From Micrococcaceae bacterium (GTDB taxonomy: Bacteria > Actinomycetota > Actinomycetes > Actinomycetales > Micrococcaceae): a stretch of DNA of 40,742 bases. Below the pieces are notes generated by a model. The model made no database searches and was not told where the DNA came from. It saw only the letters and a program-made list of their open reading frames with translations. Position numbers and translations under genes: made by a program. The DNA lies in contig JAUNVO010000003.1 in assembly GCA_030540695.1 (NCBI GenBank), positions 1 through 40,742 of the forward strand, read 5' to 3'. Shown piece by piece: positions 27,401 through 35,423 of the stretch (the stretch's first letter is position 1; the number at the start of each line of letters is the position of its first letter).

Positions 27401-27919
27401 CTTATTGGCCACGGGGATTCCTGCGGCGAGGAGCTGGTCGCCGTACGCAGCAAGCTGAAGCAGGGCGGTGACGCGTGCATGGCGGGCCAGTTTGGTGTCC
27501 CAGACCGCGTAGGCGCCGTCCTCCTCGCGGACCAGGAAGTCGGCGAAGCCCACGAATTCCCCATCAAAAAAGGTTGCTTGGAAGACCACGTCCGCCCCGT
27601 TGAGCAAAGCCTGGTGGGTTTCTTGGTGGGCGGCCACCAACGAGGCACGGTCACCACGGATTCCTGCGGCAAGCATCTTGACCCCGCGGCCGGTGGCCGG
27701 ATCGTAGGCGCCGAACTTCTCGATCAGCTGCTCAAGCACCTTGCGCTCGTGGGCGTCACCCAACGCAGCGGTTCGTTCGAGCATCTCGTCGGTCTTGAAG
27801 ACTTCCTTGGTGCTTCGCCCCAGCCGTTCGTCCAGCTTGCGCAGCGACGCAAATTCGCAGCTGGCAGCCAGCACGAGGTCCGAGGCGGAGTAGATCAAAT
27901 CCTGATCGAGGAAAAACAC
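24455..27919 (-). CDS. TM0106-family RecB-like nuclease / RNase H-like / SF1 (Dna2-Nam7-like) helicase fusion (1154 aa)
   Basis: GTG 27919 after AAGGAG. YSASDL..C, GFADFLV..WDTK, QLAAY, CGRCDYC, FFDFEGD, YNEYDC, QGPPGTGKT, DEAGQ, GDPQQL, TVDKFQGQE, NRINVAVSR. Confidence 0.88.
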   Translation of the reverse strand: MFFLDQDLIYSASDLVLAASCEFASLRKLDERLGRSTKEVFKTDEMLERTAALGDAHERKVLEQLIEKFGAYDPATGRGVKMLAAGIRGDRASLVAAHQETHQALLNGADVVFQATFFDGEFVGFADFLVREEDGAYAVWDTKLARHARVTALLQLAAYGDQLLAAGIPVANKTTLVLGDNQHSVHQMHELLPVFQDRRTRFKALTAAHRAASAPVAWGQEGLGACGRCDYCAQQVAAHRDLLLVASMSSGKRKKLIEDGITTIDELAASNTNARDPHHKLAEQARMQVGLAATDGTIGGVAYKVNAGQTISRLPEPDAGDIFFDFEGDPLWQDPFDGSWGLEYLFGVIEIDTLDPVFKPFWAHSRAEEHKAFTDFVAYVEARRAIFPKMKIYHYAPYEKSALRNLSLRHVACEETIDQWLRDGLLIDLYDTVRHSLLISERSYSIKKLEPLYMGEHLRGGEVLDAGSSVVAYAKYREQLDVDRAQAERILESIRDYNEYDCLSTLRLRDWLQTLVPHEPHTPWVDEAQLPGLDDVEPSPEEIALREYLGSLPQDRILEDDERAIAMVAAATGYHRREAKQFWWEHFDRLEAPFDSWADTRNVFLVDDARIIEDWHKASARAQVETRLTELSGTMAEGSDFRLSSSWFAMYGAPLPPELEPSNAQRAGLFNAVVKENDERFVIAEKSSKKVAPFGALPLALTPDQPINTTSLRDSLAELARMVGGALPALPKHPGIDILRKSAPRFKSLTAPPRPTLIDGQPNVVGAIVEALTDLDHSYLAVQGPPGTGKTYVASHVIAALVKQGWKIGVVAQSHAVIDNVLTKAITNAGVHPEQVAKKLKSGDKTQVPWSGTTDDAVQELLDSPDGALIGGTAWTMTGRRVPEGSLDLLVIDEAGQYSLANTLAVSRAATRLLLLGDPQQLPQVTQGSHPQPVDESALGWLSTGHPTLPEELGYFLADSWRMHPQLCAKVSALSYSSKLHSAAAASKRSLSGLPAGVSTALVDHRGNTTASVEEAREVINQVHAHMGLSWIEGEGKEPRSLCAEDVLVVAAYNAQVNLLRTELDAAGLEEVRVGTVDKFQGQEAPVVIVSMACSSADDAARGIDFLLNRNRINVAVSRGQWRAVIVRSPALTHFLPSTPEAFSQLGAFLALGA

Positions 27920-28017
27920 GGGACGGGTGCTCCTTTGGGTTTGGCTTAGCTTCGAAACTAGCACCCGTGAGCCACTGATTGCTGGTGCCGCAGTGCCGGG
28001 CCCCGTGATGGCAACGT

Positions 28018-28054
28018 CATGGGCCCCGGCACGTGGTGCGTGCCGGGGCCCATG
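28018..28054. terminator. Perfect 16-bp stem-loop downstream of the APC permease
   Basis: CATGGGCCCCGGCACG-TGGTG-CGTGCCGGGGCCCATG, 13 bp past the stop at 28068. Confidence 0.75.
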
Positions 28055-28067
28055 GTGCGGTGTGCCG

Positions 28068-29594
28068 CTAGTTGCCGACCCTGGCCGCGCGCAGCCTTTC
28101 GGCGACTTCGATGGCGTCGGCGGTGGGTGCCGTCGACTTCTTGTCCGGCTGGGCGACAAAGAGGTAAAGCGCCCCGGAGCCGGCCACGACGGCCAGGCCG
28201 ATCAACACGATCCAATCGGCAACGAAGTCGCCGGTGTCTCCCGGCTTGGCCAGCAGCACCATGGCGAACAGGCCGTAGGCCAGGGCCAGGATGTTCACGA
28301 TGAAGCCGGCTGAACCCAGGCTGAAGGGTCCGGCGGGCTTCCAGCCCTTGAGCCGCTGCCGCAGTGCGGCAAGGACGACGGCCTGGAACGAGACGTAGAT
28401 GCCCAGGATGGCAAAGCTGGTCACCTGGGTGAGCAGCGACTCGGAACCGAAGTAGATCATGATGCAAATCAGCAGGGGAATGGAGCATGCCACGATCAGG
28501 GCGTTCGTCGGGACCTTGGTGCTCGGGGAGACCTTGGAAAGCCACCGGTGTCCGGGGACCATCCCGTCGCGGGCGAAGGAGTACATCAGGCGCGAGGCGG
28601 CAGCTTGAAGCGAGAGCACGCAGGAGAGGAAGGCCGTCAAGGCGATCACCAGAAAAATCTTCGCGCCCAGAGGGCCCAAGGTGGATTCGAGTATCGCGGG
28701 GATGGGGTCTGCGTCATCCCCGTTGACGATTGATTGCAGGTCCGGGGCCGCCAAGACGTATCCGCCGAAGGATAGCAGGGCCGAGACGCCGCCGACCAGG
28801 ATGGTCATCATCATGGCCGTGGGAATGCGGCGTGCAGGATTGCTGACTTCCTCTGCCACGTCTCCGCAAGCCTCGAAGCCGTAGAAGAGGAACAATCCGG
28901 CCAAGGCCGCACCCATGAAGGCCGCCGCGTAGTTGCCGTCGCCCTCGACGCCCATGGAGTCAAGGAAGATGCTGAAGGGCTGCTTGCGGGCAAAGACCAA
29001 CAGGTAAAGCCCCACGGCGATCACGCCAATGAGCTCGGCGGCAAGTCCGATGCGGGCCACCCTGGCCAAGGTCTTGGTGCCGGTGAAGTTCAGCACCAGC
29101 GCCACCAACAGCAGGGCGATGGAGAAGATGAAGGTGGTGCCGCGGGTAAGTTCAACCCCGAAGGTGCTGGCCACGAAGCCGGATCCGAATTGTGCCACGG
29201 CGGTGATGGTGACGACCATGGCCCAGATGTAGATCCAAGCTGCCATCCATGCATAGCGGCGTCCCCAAAGGCGTCTTGTCCAAGGATAGATGCCGCCGTG
29301 GATCGGATATTGGGAAACGACCTCGCCAAAAACCAGGGAGACAAGGAACTGTCCTCCGGCCACGATCAGGATCCAGAAGATCGAGGGCGGGCCGCCGGTT
29401 GACAGCGCGATGGCGAAAAGCGAATACACCCCGACCAAGGGGGAAAGGTAGGTGAAGCCGAGGGCAAAGTTTGCCCACAGGGACATGGAGCGCTCAAAGG
29501 ATTGCTCGTAGCCCAGGACGGCGAGGTGATTGCCGTCTTCGATGTTTTGGTTGCTCATGGCGTGTCGGACCTTCATTGGCTGCAAGTGGGACAT
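28068..29594 (-). CDS. APC-family amino acid/polyamine permease
   Basis: LGYEQSFERSMSLWANFALGFTYLSP, YPIHGGIYPW, FYGFEACGDVAEE, RLMYSFARDG; about 12 TM segments. Confidence 0.9.
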   Translation of the reverse strand: MSHLQPMKVRHAMSNQNIEDGNHLAVLGYEQSFERSMSLWANFALGFTYLSPLVGVYSLFAIALSTGGPPSIFWILIVAGGQFLVSLVFGEVVSQYPIHGGIYPWTRRLWGRRYAWMAAWIYIWAMVVTITAVAQFGSGFVASTFGVELTRGTTFIFSIALLLVALVLNFTGTKTLARVARIGLAAELIGVIAVGLYLLVFARKQPFSIFLDSMGVEGDGNYAAAFMGAALAGLFLFYGFEACGDVAEEVSNPARRIPTAMMMTILVGGVSALLSFGGYVLAAPDLQSIVNGDDADPIPAILESTLGPLGAKIFLVIALTAFLSCVLSLQAAASRLMYSFARDGMVPGHRWLSKVSPSTKVPTNALIVACSIPLLICIMIYFGSESLLTQVTSFAILGIYVSFQAVVLAALRQRLKGWKPAGPFSLGSAGFIVNILALAYGLFAMVLLAKPGDTGDFVADWIVLIGLAVVAGSGALYLFVAQPDKKSTAPTADAIEVAERLRAARVGN

Positions 29595-29669
29595 GGTGTG
29601 GATCCATGGCCTGGCCAGCGCCTCGGACCCACCTCGTGACCGTCGTCACAACAGCTAGGCTACACGCTT

Positions 29670-29689
29670 ATCATTCTAAATAGAATGAT
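29670..29689. promoter_or_regulatory. Perfect inverted repeat, candidate operator of the adjacent FadR/GntR regulator
   Basis: ATCATTCTA-AA-TAGAATGAT, upstream of the permease and overlapping the stop of the Cache gene. Confidence 0.65.
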
Positions 29690-30386
29690 TACGTTCCGCG
29701 ATCGTCACCATGAACGACGTTCCTGGAACCGACTGGCCCGAAAAGCCCTTCAACCGGGCTCCCAGGTCCCAGTCGTCGGCCGTTGAAACAACGATGCGCC
29801 CGGTGGATGTCACCAGGGCCGCAGGTTCGGGGATGGTGCGCAGCAGACGCAGGACCTCGGGCTCGATCCGGCGTACCAGGATGTCAAGACCCACGATGCC
29901 CAGGCCGCCGGTGCCCACCGGCGTGGTCAGGGTGAGCATGTAGTCGCAGGTGCACAGGTGATCGACGTAGGGGCCGGTGATATGTCGTGATCCGGTGGAT
30001 TCGGGGACCGAATACCACTCCAGGGAGCTGAAGTCGCGCAGGTAGTCGGCATACTCCCGCGCGCCGAGGTCCAGCCGCGTGACTTCGGTGGTGGTGCCCA
30101 GCAACGGGTTCTCCGCCAGTGGCCCGAGCCACCAGGCGAAGTGCATGGCCTGTGCGCTGCTGGCGCCGGGGGTGGGTGGTGGTCCCGGAGCGCCAATGTA
30201 TCCCGCACCCACCACCGTGGCGTCCTCGGACATGAGCAGGTCCTGGACAAATCCAAGGACCACGCCGTCGATGTCGAGGCCGCCCGCCATGCCCTGCTCC
30301 ACGTGGGTGCGCAGTTCATCGAGCGTCGAGAAGTATTCGTTGAAAAGAGTGCCGAGTCGTTCGGCGGTCTCCTGGGCGGGGTTCAT
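29676..30386 (-). CDS. Stand-alone Cache/PDC sensor-domain protein (236 aa)
   Basis: DFSSLEWYSVP..ITGPYVDHLCTCDYMLTLTTPV..GIVGLDI; no signal peptide or TM; ATGA overlap with FadR. Confidence 0.72.
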   Translation of the reverse strand: MNPAQETAERLGTLFNEYFSTLDELRTHVEQGMAGGLDIDGVVLGFVQDLLMSEDATVVGAGYIGAPGPPPTPGASSAQAMHFAWWLGPLAENPLLGTTTEVTRLDLGAREYADYLRDFSSLEWYSVPESTGSRHITGPYVDHLCTCDYMLTLTTPVGTGGLGIVGLDILVRRIEPEVLRLLRTIPEPAALVTSTGRIVVSTADDWDLGARLKGFSGQSVPGTSFMVTIAERNHSI

Positions 30387-31135
30387 GCCGCGCGCTCCAA
30401 TCGTTCCTTGGTCTTCAGCAGCCACGTGGTGAGCATCTTCAGTTCCTCGCGTACCGTGCGGCGTGCCAGTTCACCATCGCCTTCGGCGATGGCGCCGGCG
30501 ATACGGTGGTTGCAGTCGTTGACGGCTTCGCGGATTCCGCCGTCCCCGAGCCCCAGCCACAGGAGCTGGCCAAATTCCGCCTGGAAGCGGATTTGCTCCC
30601 GCACCAGGCGCGGGGACTGCGAGATCACCGCGATCTCCAGCAGGAAGCCGCCCTGGTTGCGGGCGGCGGCTTGCGCGGTTGAGTAGTCGGCGCCGCGGAG
30701 CCATGCGCTCAGTCTCGACGATTCCTCCGGCGAGGCCAGTTCGGCTGCCCGTTCAGCTGCGCCGGCGCACAGCGTGGACTCGTAGGTGCCCACGTCGGCC
30801 AGTTCGATGCGCGAGATGCCGCGCAACCGGGCCGTGAGCACCTGCTCCGGGGTGTCTGGGGATGCCAGGACGAAGGATCCGCCGTCCCTCCCGCGCCGGG
30901 TCTCGACCAGGCCCGCCCGCCTGATTTCACTCAAGGCCTCGCGGGCCGTGACCAGTGCCACCCCAAAGCGCTTGGCCAGCTCCGCCTCGGTGGGCAGGCG
31001 CTCGCCGGGGGAAATCACGCCGAGCAGGATGGCATCGGTCAGGCGCCGGGCCACCTGGGTTGAACGGGCCGCACCGTCCAGTGGGGTGAAGACGGCACTG
31101 CGCGGCCCTCGCGGAGCGGAGAGACTTTGGGTCAT
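30383..31135 (-). CDS. FadR/GntR family transcriptional regulator
   Basis: PGERLPTEAELAKRFGVALVTAREAL..VETRRGRDGGSFV, followed by an FCD-like C-terminus. Confidence 0.9.
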   Translation of the reverse strand: MTQSLSAPRGPRSAVFTPLDGAARSTQVARRLTDAILLGVISPGERLPTEAELAKRFGVALVTAREALSEIRRAGLVETRRGRDGGSFVLASPDTPEQVLTARLRGISRIELADVGTYESTLCAGAAERAAELASPEESSRLSAWLRGADYSTAQAAARNQGGFLLEIAVISQSPRLVREQIRFQAEFGQLLWLGLGDGGIREAVNDCNHRIAGAIAEGDGELARRTVREELKMLTTWLLKTKERLERAA

Positions 31136-31195
31136 GGCCCCAACTCTATCTGGATGGTTGGAGTCGGGTGTGGCCGACGCAACAAAGGCCCTAAC

Positions 31196-31221
31196 TTAAC
31201 TAAGTTATATAACCGAGTTAT
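31196..31221. promoter_or_regulatory. Tandem MarR operators overlapping the -10 box
   Basis: TTAACTAAGTTAT followed directly by ATAACCGAGTTAT (each TAAC-N3-GTTA); -10 TATGCT at 31219-31224. Confidence 0.7.
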
Positions 31222-31230
31222 GCTTGTTGT

Positions 31231-31671
31231 ATGCCTTCCGAACTCGGCCCAGTCCTTTTCCAGCTGCTGGCAGCCACCCACCGCCTCTCACGCAGTGCCG
31301 CCGTGCGCCTGGAGCACGGGCTCTCCGCCTCGCATTACCGGACGCTGGGAATCCTGCGCGACATCCATGCCATGCGCATCGGCCAATTGGCCGAGCAAAA
31401 CCGCATCTCGCAGCCCGGAATGACCAAGGTCGTGGCCGCGCTTGAATCCCAGATGCTGGTCGAACGCGTCCAAGACCCCGCGGATTCACGGGCCTGGCTC
31501 ATCGAGATCACCGACGCCGGGCGCGAATCACTGATGCGGCGCGGCCAGGATCTGGCCATGGTCCTGAAGGAAGACTTCATCAACCTCACCACGGAACAGA
31601 TCGCGGTGCTGGCCCAAGCGGCGCAGATCCTCGATTCCCTTCCCGCTGCAGAAACCGGAGACAGCAAATGA
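31231..31671 (+). CDS. MarR family regulator
   Basis: RIGQLAEQNRISQPGMTKVVAALE..VERVQDPADSRAWLIEITDAG. Confidence 0.92.
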   Translation: MPSELGPVLFQLLAATHRLSRSAAVRLEHGLSASHYRTLGILRDIHAMRIGQLAEQNRISQPGMTKVVAALESQMLVERVQDPADSRAWLIEITDAGRESLMRRGQDLAMVLKEDFINLTTEQIAVLAQAAQILDSLPAAETGDSK

Positions 31672-32876
31672 AACAGCCCAAAGCCGTATGGGCGGTCGCC
31701 TTTTCCTCGATGATTGCCTTCATGGGCATCGGACTGGTTTCCCCGATCCTGCCCGCCATCACCGAAGAGCTCGGTGCCTCAACCACCCAGACCTCGCTGC
31801 TGTTCACTTCCTACCTGGTCATCACCGGGGTGGCGATGTTCTTCACCTCGTTTATTTCCTCCCGCATCGGGGCACGCAAGACCCTGATGATCGGGCTGAC
31901 GATCATCGTGCTCTCCTCATTCGGGGCCGGCGCCTCGGGAACCATCGAAGGAATCATCGCCTTCCGCGCCGTCTGGGGACTGGGCAACGCAATGTTCATC
32001 TCCACCGCACTGTCGACCATCATTTCCGAATCCAACGGAAACCCGGCCTCGGCCATCATCCTCTACGAAGCCGCGCTCGGCATGGGCCTGGCCATCGGAC
32101 CGCTGGTCGGTGGGGCGCTGGGCTCCATCGCGTGGCAGGCCCCGTTCTACGGCACCTCGGTGTTGATGACCCTGGCATTCATCCTGCTGGCCGTGCTGAT
32201 GCGCGGGCCGTCGATTGCTCCGGCGCCCACGAACTTCAGCGCCCCGTTCAAGGCGCTGGCCAACCCCGCACTGCTGGTCATGGCACTGGTTGCCTTCTTC
32301 TACAACGTCGGTTTCTTCGTGATCATGTCCTTCACGGCCTACCCGCTGCATTTCACCGCCATGGGCATCGGGCTGGTGTTCACCGGCTGGGGTACTGGCT
32401 TGGCCTTGACCTCGGTTTTCGGCGCACCGGCACTGACCCGGATCTTCAAGAGGACCACCGTCCTGATCGGGACGCTGGTGCTGCTCAGCGTCACGCTGGT
32501 GCTTTTCGCCGTGCTCATCGATTCGCCCCGCGCACTGGTGGTGATGATGGTGGTTGCCGGCCTTGAGCTGGGCATCATGAACACCGTGCTCACCGAGGTG
32601 GTCATGGAGGCCACAGACCTGCCGCGCTCGGTGGCCTCAAGCAGCTACTCAGGCATCCGCTTCCTGGGCGGGGCCGTCGCCCCGCCCGTGGCCGCGGCCC
32701 TTGCGGCAGCCAGCACCATGGCGACTCCTTACATCATGGGCGCGGCCTCCGTGGCACTGGCGGCGATCCTGATCGCCATCTTCAAATCACACCTGGCCCA
32801 CGTGGATCGGCACGAACCCACCGAGGTGGCAGAATCCGTCCTCGAGGCCCAGGCGATCACTGTAGGGGATAGCTAG
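31668..32876 (+). CDS. MFS efflux transporter
   Basis: FMGIGLVSPILP, SSRIGARKT, FRAVWGLG, GLAIGPLVGG; about 12 TM segments; coupled to MarR. Confidence 0.9.
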   Translation: MKQPKAVWAVAFSSMIAFMGIGLVSPILPAITEELGASTTQTSLLFTSYLVITGVAMFFTSFISSRIGARKTLMIGLTIIVLSSFGAGASGTIEGIIAFRAVWGLGNAMFISTALSTIISESNGNPASAIILYEAALGMGLAIGPLVGGALGSIAWQAPFYGTSVLMTLAFILLAVLMRGPSIAPAPTNFSAPFKALANPALLVMALVAFFYNVGFFVIMSFTAYPLHFTAMGIGLVFTGWGTGLALTSVFGAPALTRIFKRTTVLIGTLVLLSVTLVLFAVLIDSPRALVVMMVVAGLELGIMNTVLTEVVMEATDLPRSVASSSYSGIRFLGGAVAPPVAAALAAASTMATPYIMGAASVALAAILIAIFKSHLAHVDRHEPTEVAESVLEAQAITVGDS

Positions 32877-34644
32877 CATCCTTGATGGTTGCCTCGACCC
32901 GGGTATAGGCATCGCGCGCAATGGCCTTCCAGAAGCGCAGCGCGGCCCCCGGGTTCTCGGCTTCCAACGCGGTGATGGCCTCCGCGGTAAGCACCTTGAG
33001 GTGCAGCTGGCCCATGGACGTGACCCGGGTGGACTGCTCGCCGTCCGAACCCAGTGCGATTTCCCCGAAGGTCATGCCTGCCGAGAGGGTCGAATGCCGC
33101 ACCGGCTTGCCCTCTTGGACGCTGGAAGTGAAGACCTTGCCGCTGAGGATGAAGTACACGCCGCCAAACTCCTGCCCGGTACGCCGAACAATCCGCCCGT
33201 CCTCGATCTGGGTCTCTTCCATCAGCGATTCAAGCAACTCGATGTCTGCGCCGTCCAAGGGCGCCAGCGCGGCGAAGTCGCGCACCGCGACGGTCTCGGG
33301 CATCATTTCCGGGGTGCCATGACGCTGCAGCAGCGTTGATTGGGCCCATTCGACGGCATTGTTGCGGCTCGAGAATGAACGCAACGACTCAAGTGCCTCG
33401 AAGTGCCTCTCCTGCACCAACGCCAGGGTCCGGCCCTCGGCGGAGAGCTCGCGGTGCAGCTGGAGGATCATGTGCACGGCGATGGTGTCGACTTCGTCGA
33501 CCCGGCGCAAATCCAGGATCACCAGTTCCACACACTCATCGAGCTCGCTGACCTCGCGGACCATCGACTCGGTGCCGGCAAAGAGCAGGTCGCCGGCCAA
33601 CTCAATGATGTGTGCGCGTTCGCCGAACTCCTCCAGCAGGTTTTCCGCGGCCTCGGTATGGCGGATGTGGGAGGGCACCTGGGTGATGTCGTAATTCTCG
33701 CGGATCGCCGAGCGGCCCAATCGGGCCGCGCGCACGAAATGCAGCCCCATGTCCGAGCTGATCCGCTCGCTGGCCGCAACCCCGCGCACCGAGGAGCCAT
33801 GCTCGTCCAGTGCGGGGGAGTAGATAGCCAGGCCCAATTGGCCCGGAAGCACGGCGATCAGCCCGCCGCCGACACCGGACTTGGCCGGCAACCCCACCGC
33901 GGAGATCCACGCCCCGGCGTCGTCGTACATCCCGCAGGTGGTCATCACCGAGAGCGTGCGCTGCACGGCGTCCTTGCTCATGACCTGCACCCCGGTGGCC
34001 GGTTGGGTGCCGCCGTTGGCCAAGGTCGCGGCCATCAGCGCCAGGTCATGGGTGTTGAGCATCACCGAGCAGGCACGGAAGTAGTCTTCCAGCACCGGGG
34101 TCGGGTCGGTTTCGATGATGTCGAAGGAACGCAACAGGTAGGCCAGTGCGCGGTTGCGGTGCCCGGTCAGTGCCTCGGAGGCATACAGCGACTCGTTGAG
34201 TTTCAGCCTCCGGCCGGCGGCAGCCGAAAAATGGTCCAGGATGCGTTCGAACCGCGGGGTGTCCCGGTCCCTGATCAACGAAATCGTGGTGATCGCACCG
34301 GCATTGATCATCGCGTTTGCCGGGCGGCCGCTGTCCCTGGCCAAGGAAATCTCGTTGAATGCATCGCCGCTGGGCTCCACATCGATCTTCTCATCGACGG
34401 CATCCAGGCCGATGTCATCAAGGGCCAGGGCGTAGGAGAACGGCTTGGAGATGGATTGGATGGAGAATTCCAGCCCGGCGTCCCCGATTTGGTAGACGTG
34501 CCCGTCGACGGTCGCCATGGCAATGGCGAACTTCGAATTATCGGCGTCGGCCATTGCCGGGATCCCCTGGTAGGGGGTGCCGGCGGTCAGGCCAACCAAG
34601 TCGTTATACAGATCGGCGAGATAGATGTCGATGGGGGAGCGCAT
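32857..34644 (-). CDS. glsA: Glutaminase with C-terminal STAS and cNMP-binding domains
   Basis: FSIQSISKPF, VEPSGDAFN, NAMINAGAI, CGMYD, AKSGVGGG; GDLLFAGTE..VILDLRRV (STAS); YFILSGKV..GMTFGEIAL (cNMP). Confidence 0.9.
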   Translation of the reverse strand: MRSPIDIYLADLYNDLVGLTAGTPYQGIPAMADADNSKFAIAMATVDGHVYQIGDAGLEFSIQSISKPFSYALALDDIGLDAVDEKIDVEPSGDAFNEISLARDSGRPANAMINAGAITTISLIRDRDTPRFERILDHFSAAAGRRLKLNESLYASEALTGHRNRALAYLLRSFDIIETDPTPVLEDYFRACSVMLNTHDLALMAATLANGGTQPATGVQVMSKDAVQRTLSVMTTCGMYDDAGAWISAVGLPAKSGVGGGLIAVLPGQLGLAIYSPALDEHGSSVRGVAASERISSDMGLHFVRAARLGRSAIRENYDITQVPSHIRHTEAAENLLEEFGERAHIIELAGDLLFAGTESMVREVSELDECVELVILDLRRVDEVDTIAVHMILQLHRELSAEGRTLALVQERHFEALESLRSFSSRNNAVEWAQSTLLQRHGTPEMMPETVAVRDFAALAPLDGADIELLESLMEETQIEDGRIVRRTGQEFGGVYFILSGKVFTSSVQEGKPVRHSTLSAGMTFGEIALGSDGEQSTRVTSMGQLHLKVLTAEAITALEAENPGAALRFWKAIARDAYTRVEATIKDASYPLQ

Positions 34645-34649
34645 GACTC

Positions 34650-35390
34650 CTAGCCTAGGGGGTCGGCACCCGTCGTGTCCGCGATCGCCATGATGGGTTT
34701 GGTGGTCAGCGCCTGCCCGATGGCCGCGCCCAGGATCTTGGCTCCCTCGACGTTGGGGTGGATACCGTCATTGCTCAGCCCGGGAAGGAACGTGTTCGCC
34801 TCGCTGCGCAGCCCCGCCGCCGCATCGACGAACATCCAACCGTGCTTGTCGGCCAGGGTGCGCAGGAAGTTGTTGTAGGCGATGGTCGACTCAACTGCCC
34901 CGTCACGCGGGGGGACGCTGCTCAACAGCACCACCGGGGCCTGCACGATTGCCGGAAGCCGGGCCAGGTTCGTGGAGATCGTCTGGTGGCCGGTGCCGTG
35001 CGCCAGGTCGTTGGTGCCGGCCAGGATCACCAGTGCGTCGGCCTTGCCGTGACGCAGGGCGGCAGCCATGTCCCCGCTCTGCGCCCCGCCCAGCGCCCAT
35101 CCGCCGGTCCACGCCAGGGTCTGCGGTGCTCCGGGGGCGTTGACGAAATTAACCCATGAGGACTCCCCGAGCTTTCCCGAAGACACCGTGGCGCTGCCGG
35201 CGGCGGTGATCGAATCCCCGGCAACCATGAAGGTCACCGCGGCTTCGCCCGCGGGCACGGCAAAGGCCTGCGGCACCGGTTGATCGGCGTGCGGTCCCCC
35301 GCTGAGGCCCAGCAGGCCGGCGATGACCGTCATTGATGCGAGTACGAGCAGGGTTTTGCGAGATCCCAAGTTTGTTGCCCCTTTCGGCAT
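34650..35390 (-). CDS. Secreted SGNH/GDSL hydrolase
   Basis: VAGDSIT, LAGTND, DGIHPN; N-terminal hydrophobic segment. True start may be TTG 35369. Confidence 0.85.
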   Translation of the reverse strand: MPKGATNLGSRKTLLVLASMTVIAGLLGLSGGPHADQPVPQAFAVPAGEAAVTFMVAGDSITAAGSATVSSGKLGESSWVNFVNAPGAPQTLAWTGGWALGGAQSGDMAAALRHGKADALVILAGTNDLAHGTGHQTISTNLARLPAIVQAPVVLLSSVPPRDGAVESTIAYNNFLRTLADKHGWMFVDAAAGLRSEANTFLPGLSNDGIHPNVEGAKILGAAIGQALTTKPIMAIADTTGADPLG

Positions 35391-35423
35391 TAAGCCTAGT
35401 GGGCGAGCCGTGCCCGTACGGAC

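Noticed and set aside
27941-27990. LexA box or PafBC (RecA-NDp) promoter upstream of the nuclease-helicase
   Set aside because: TTCGAAAC is at best a half-site, and the TCAGTG-to-TAGTTT spacing does not fit. No TCGAAC-N4-GTTCGA was seen at the repair or jet genes.
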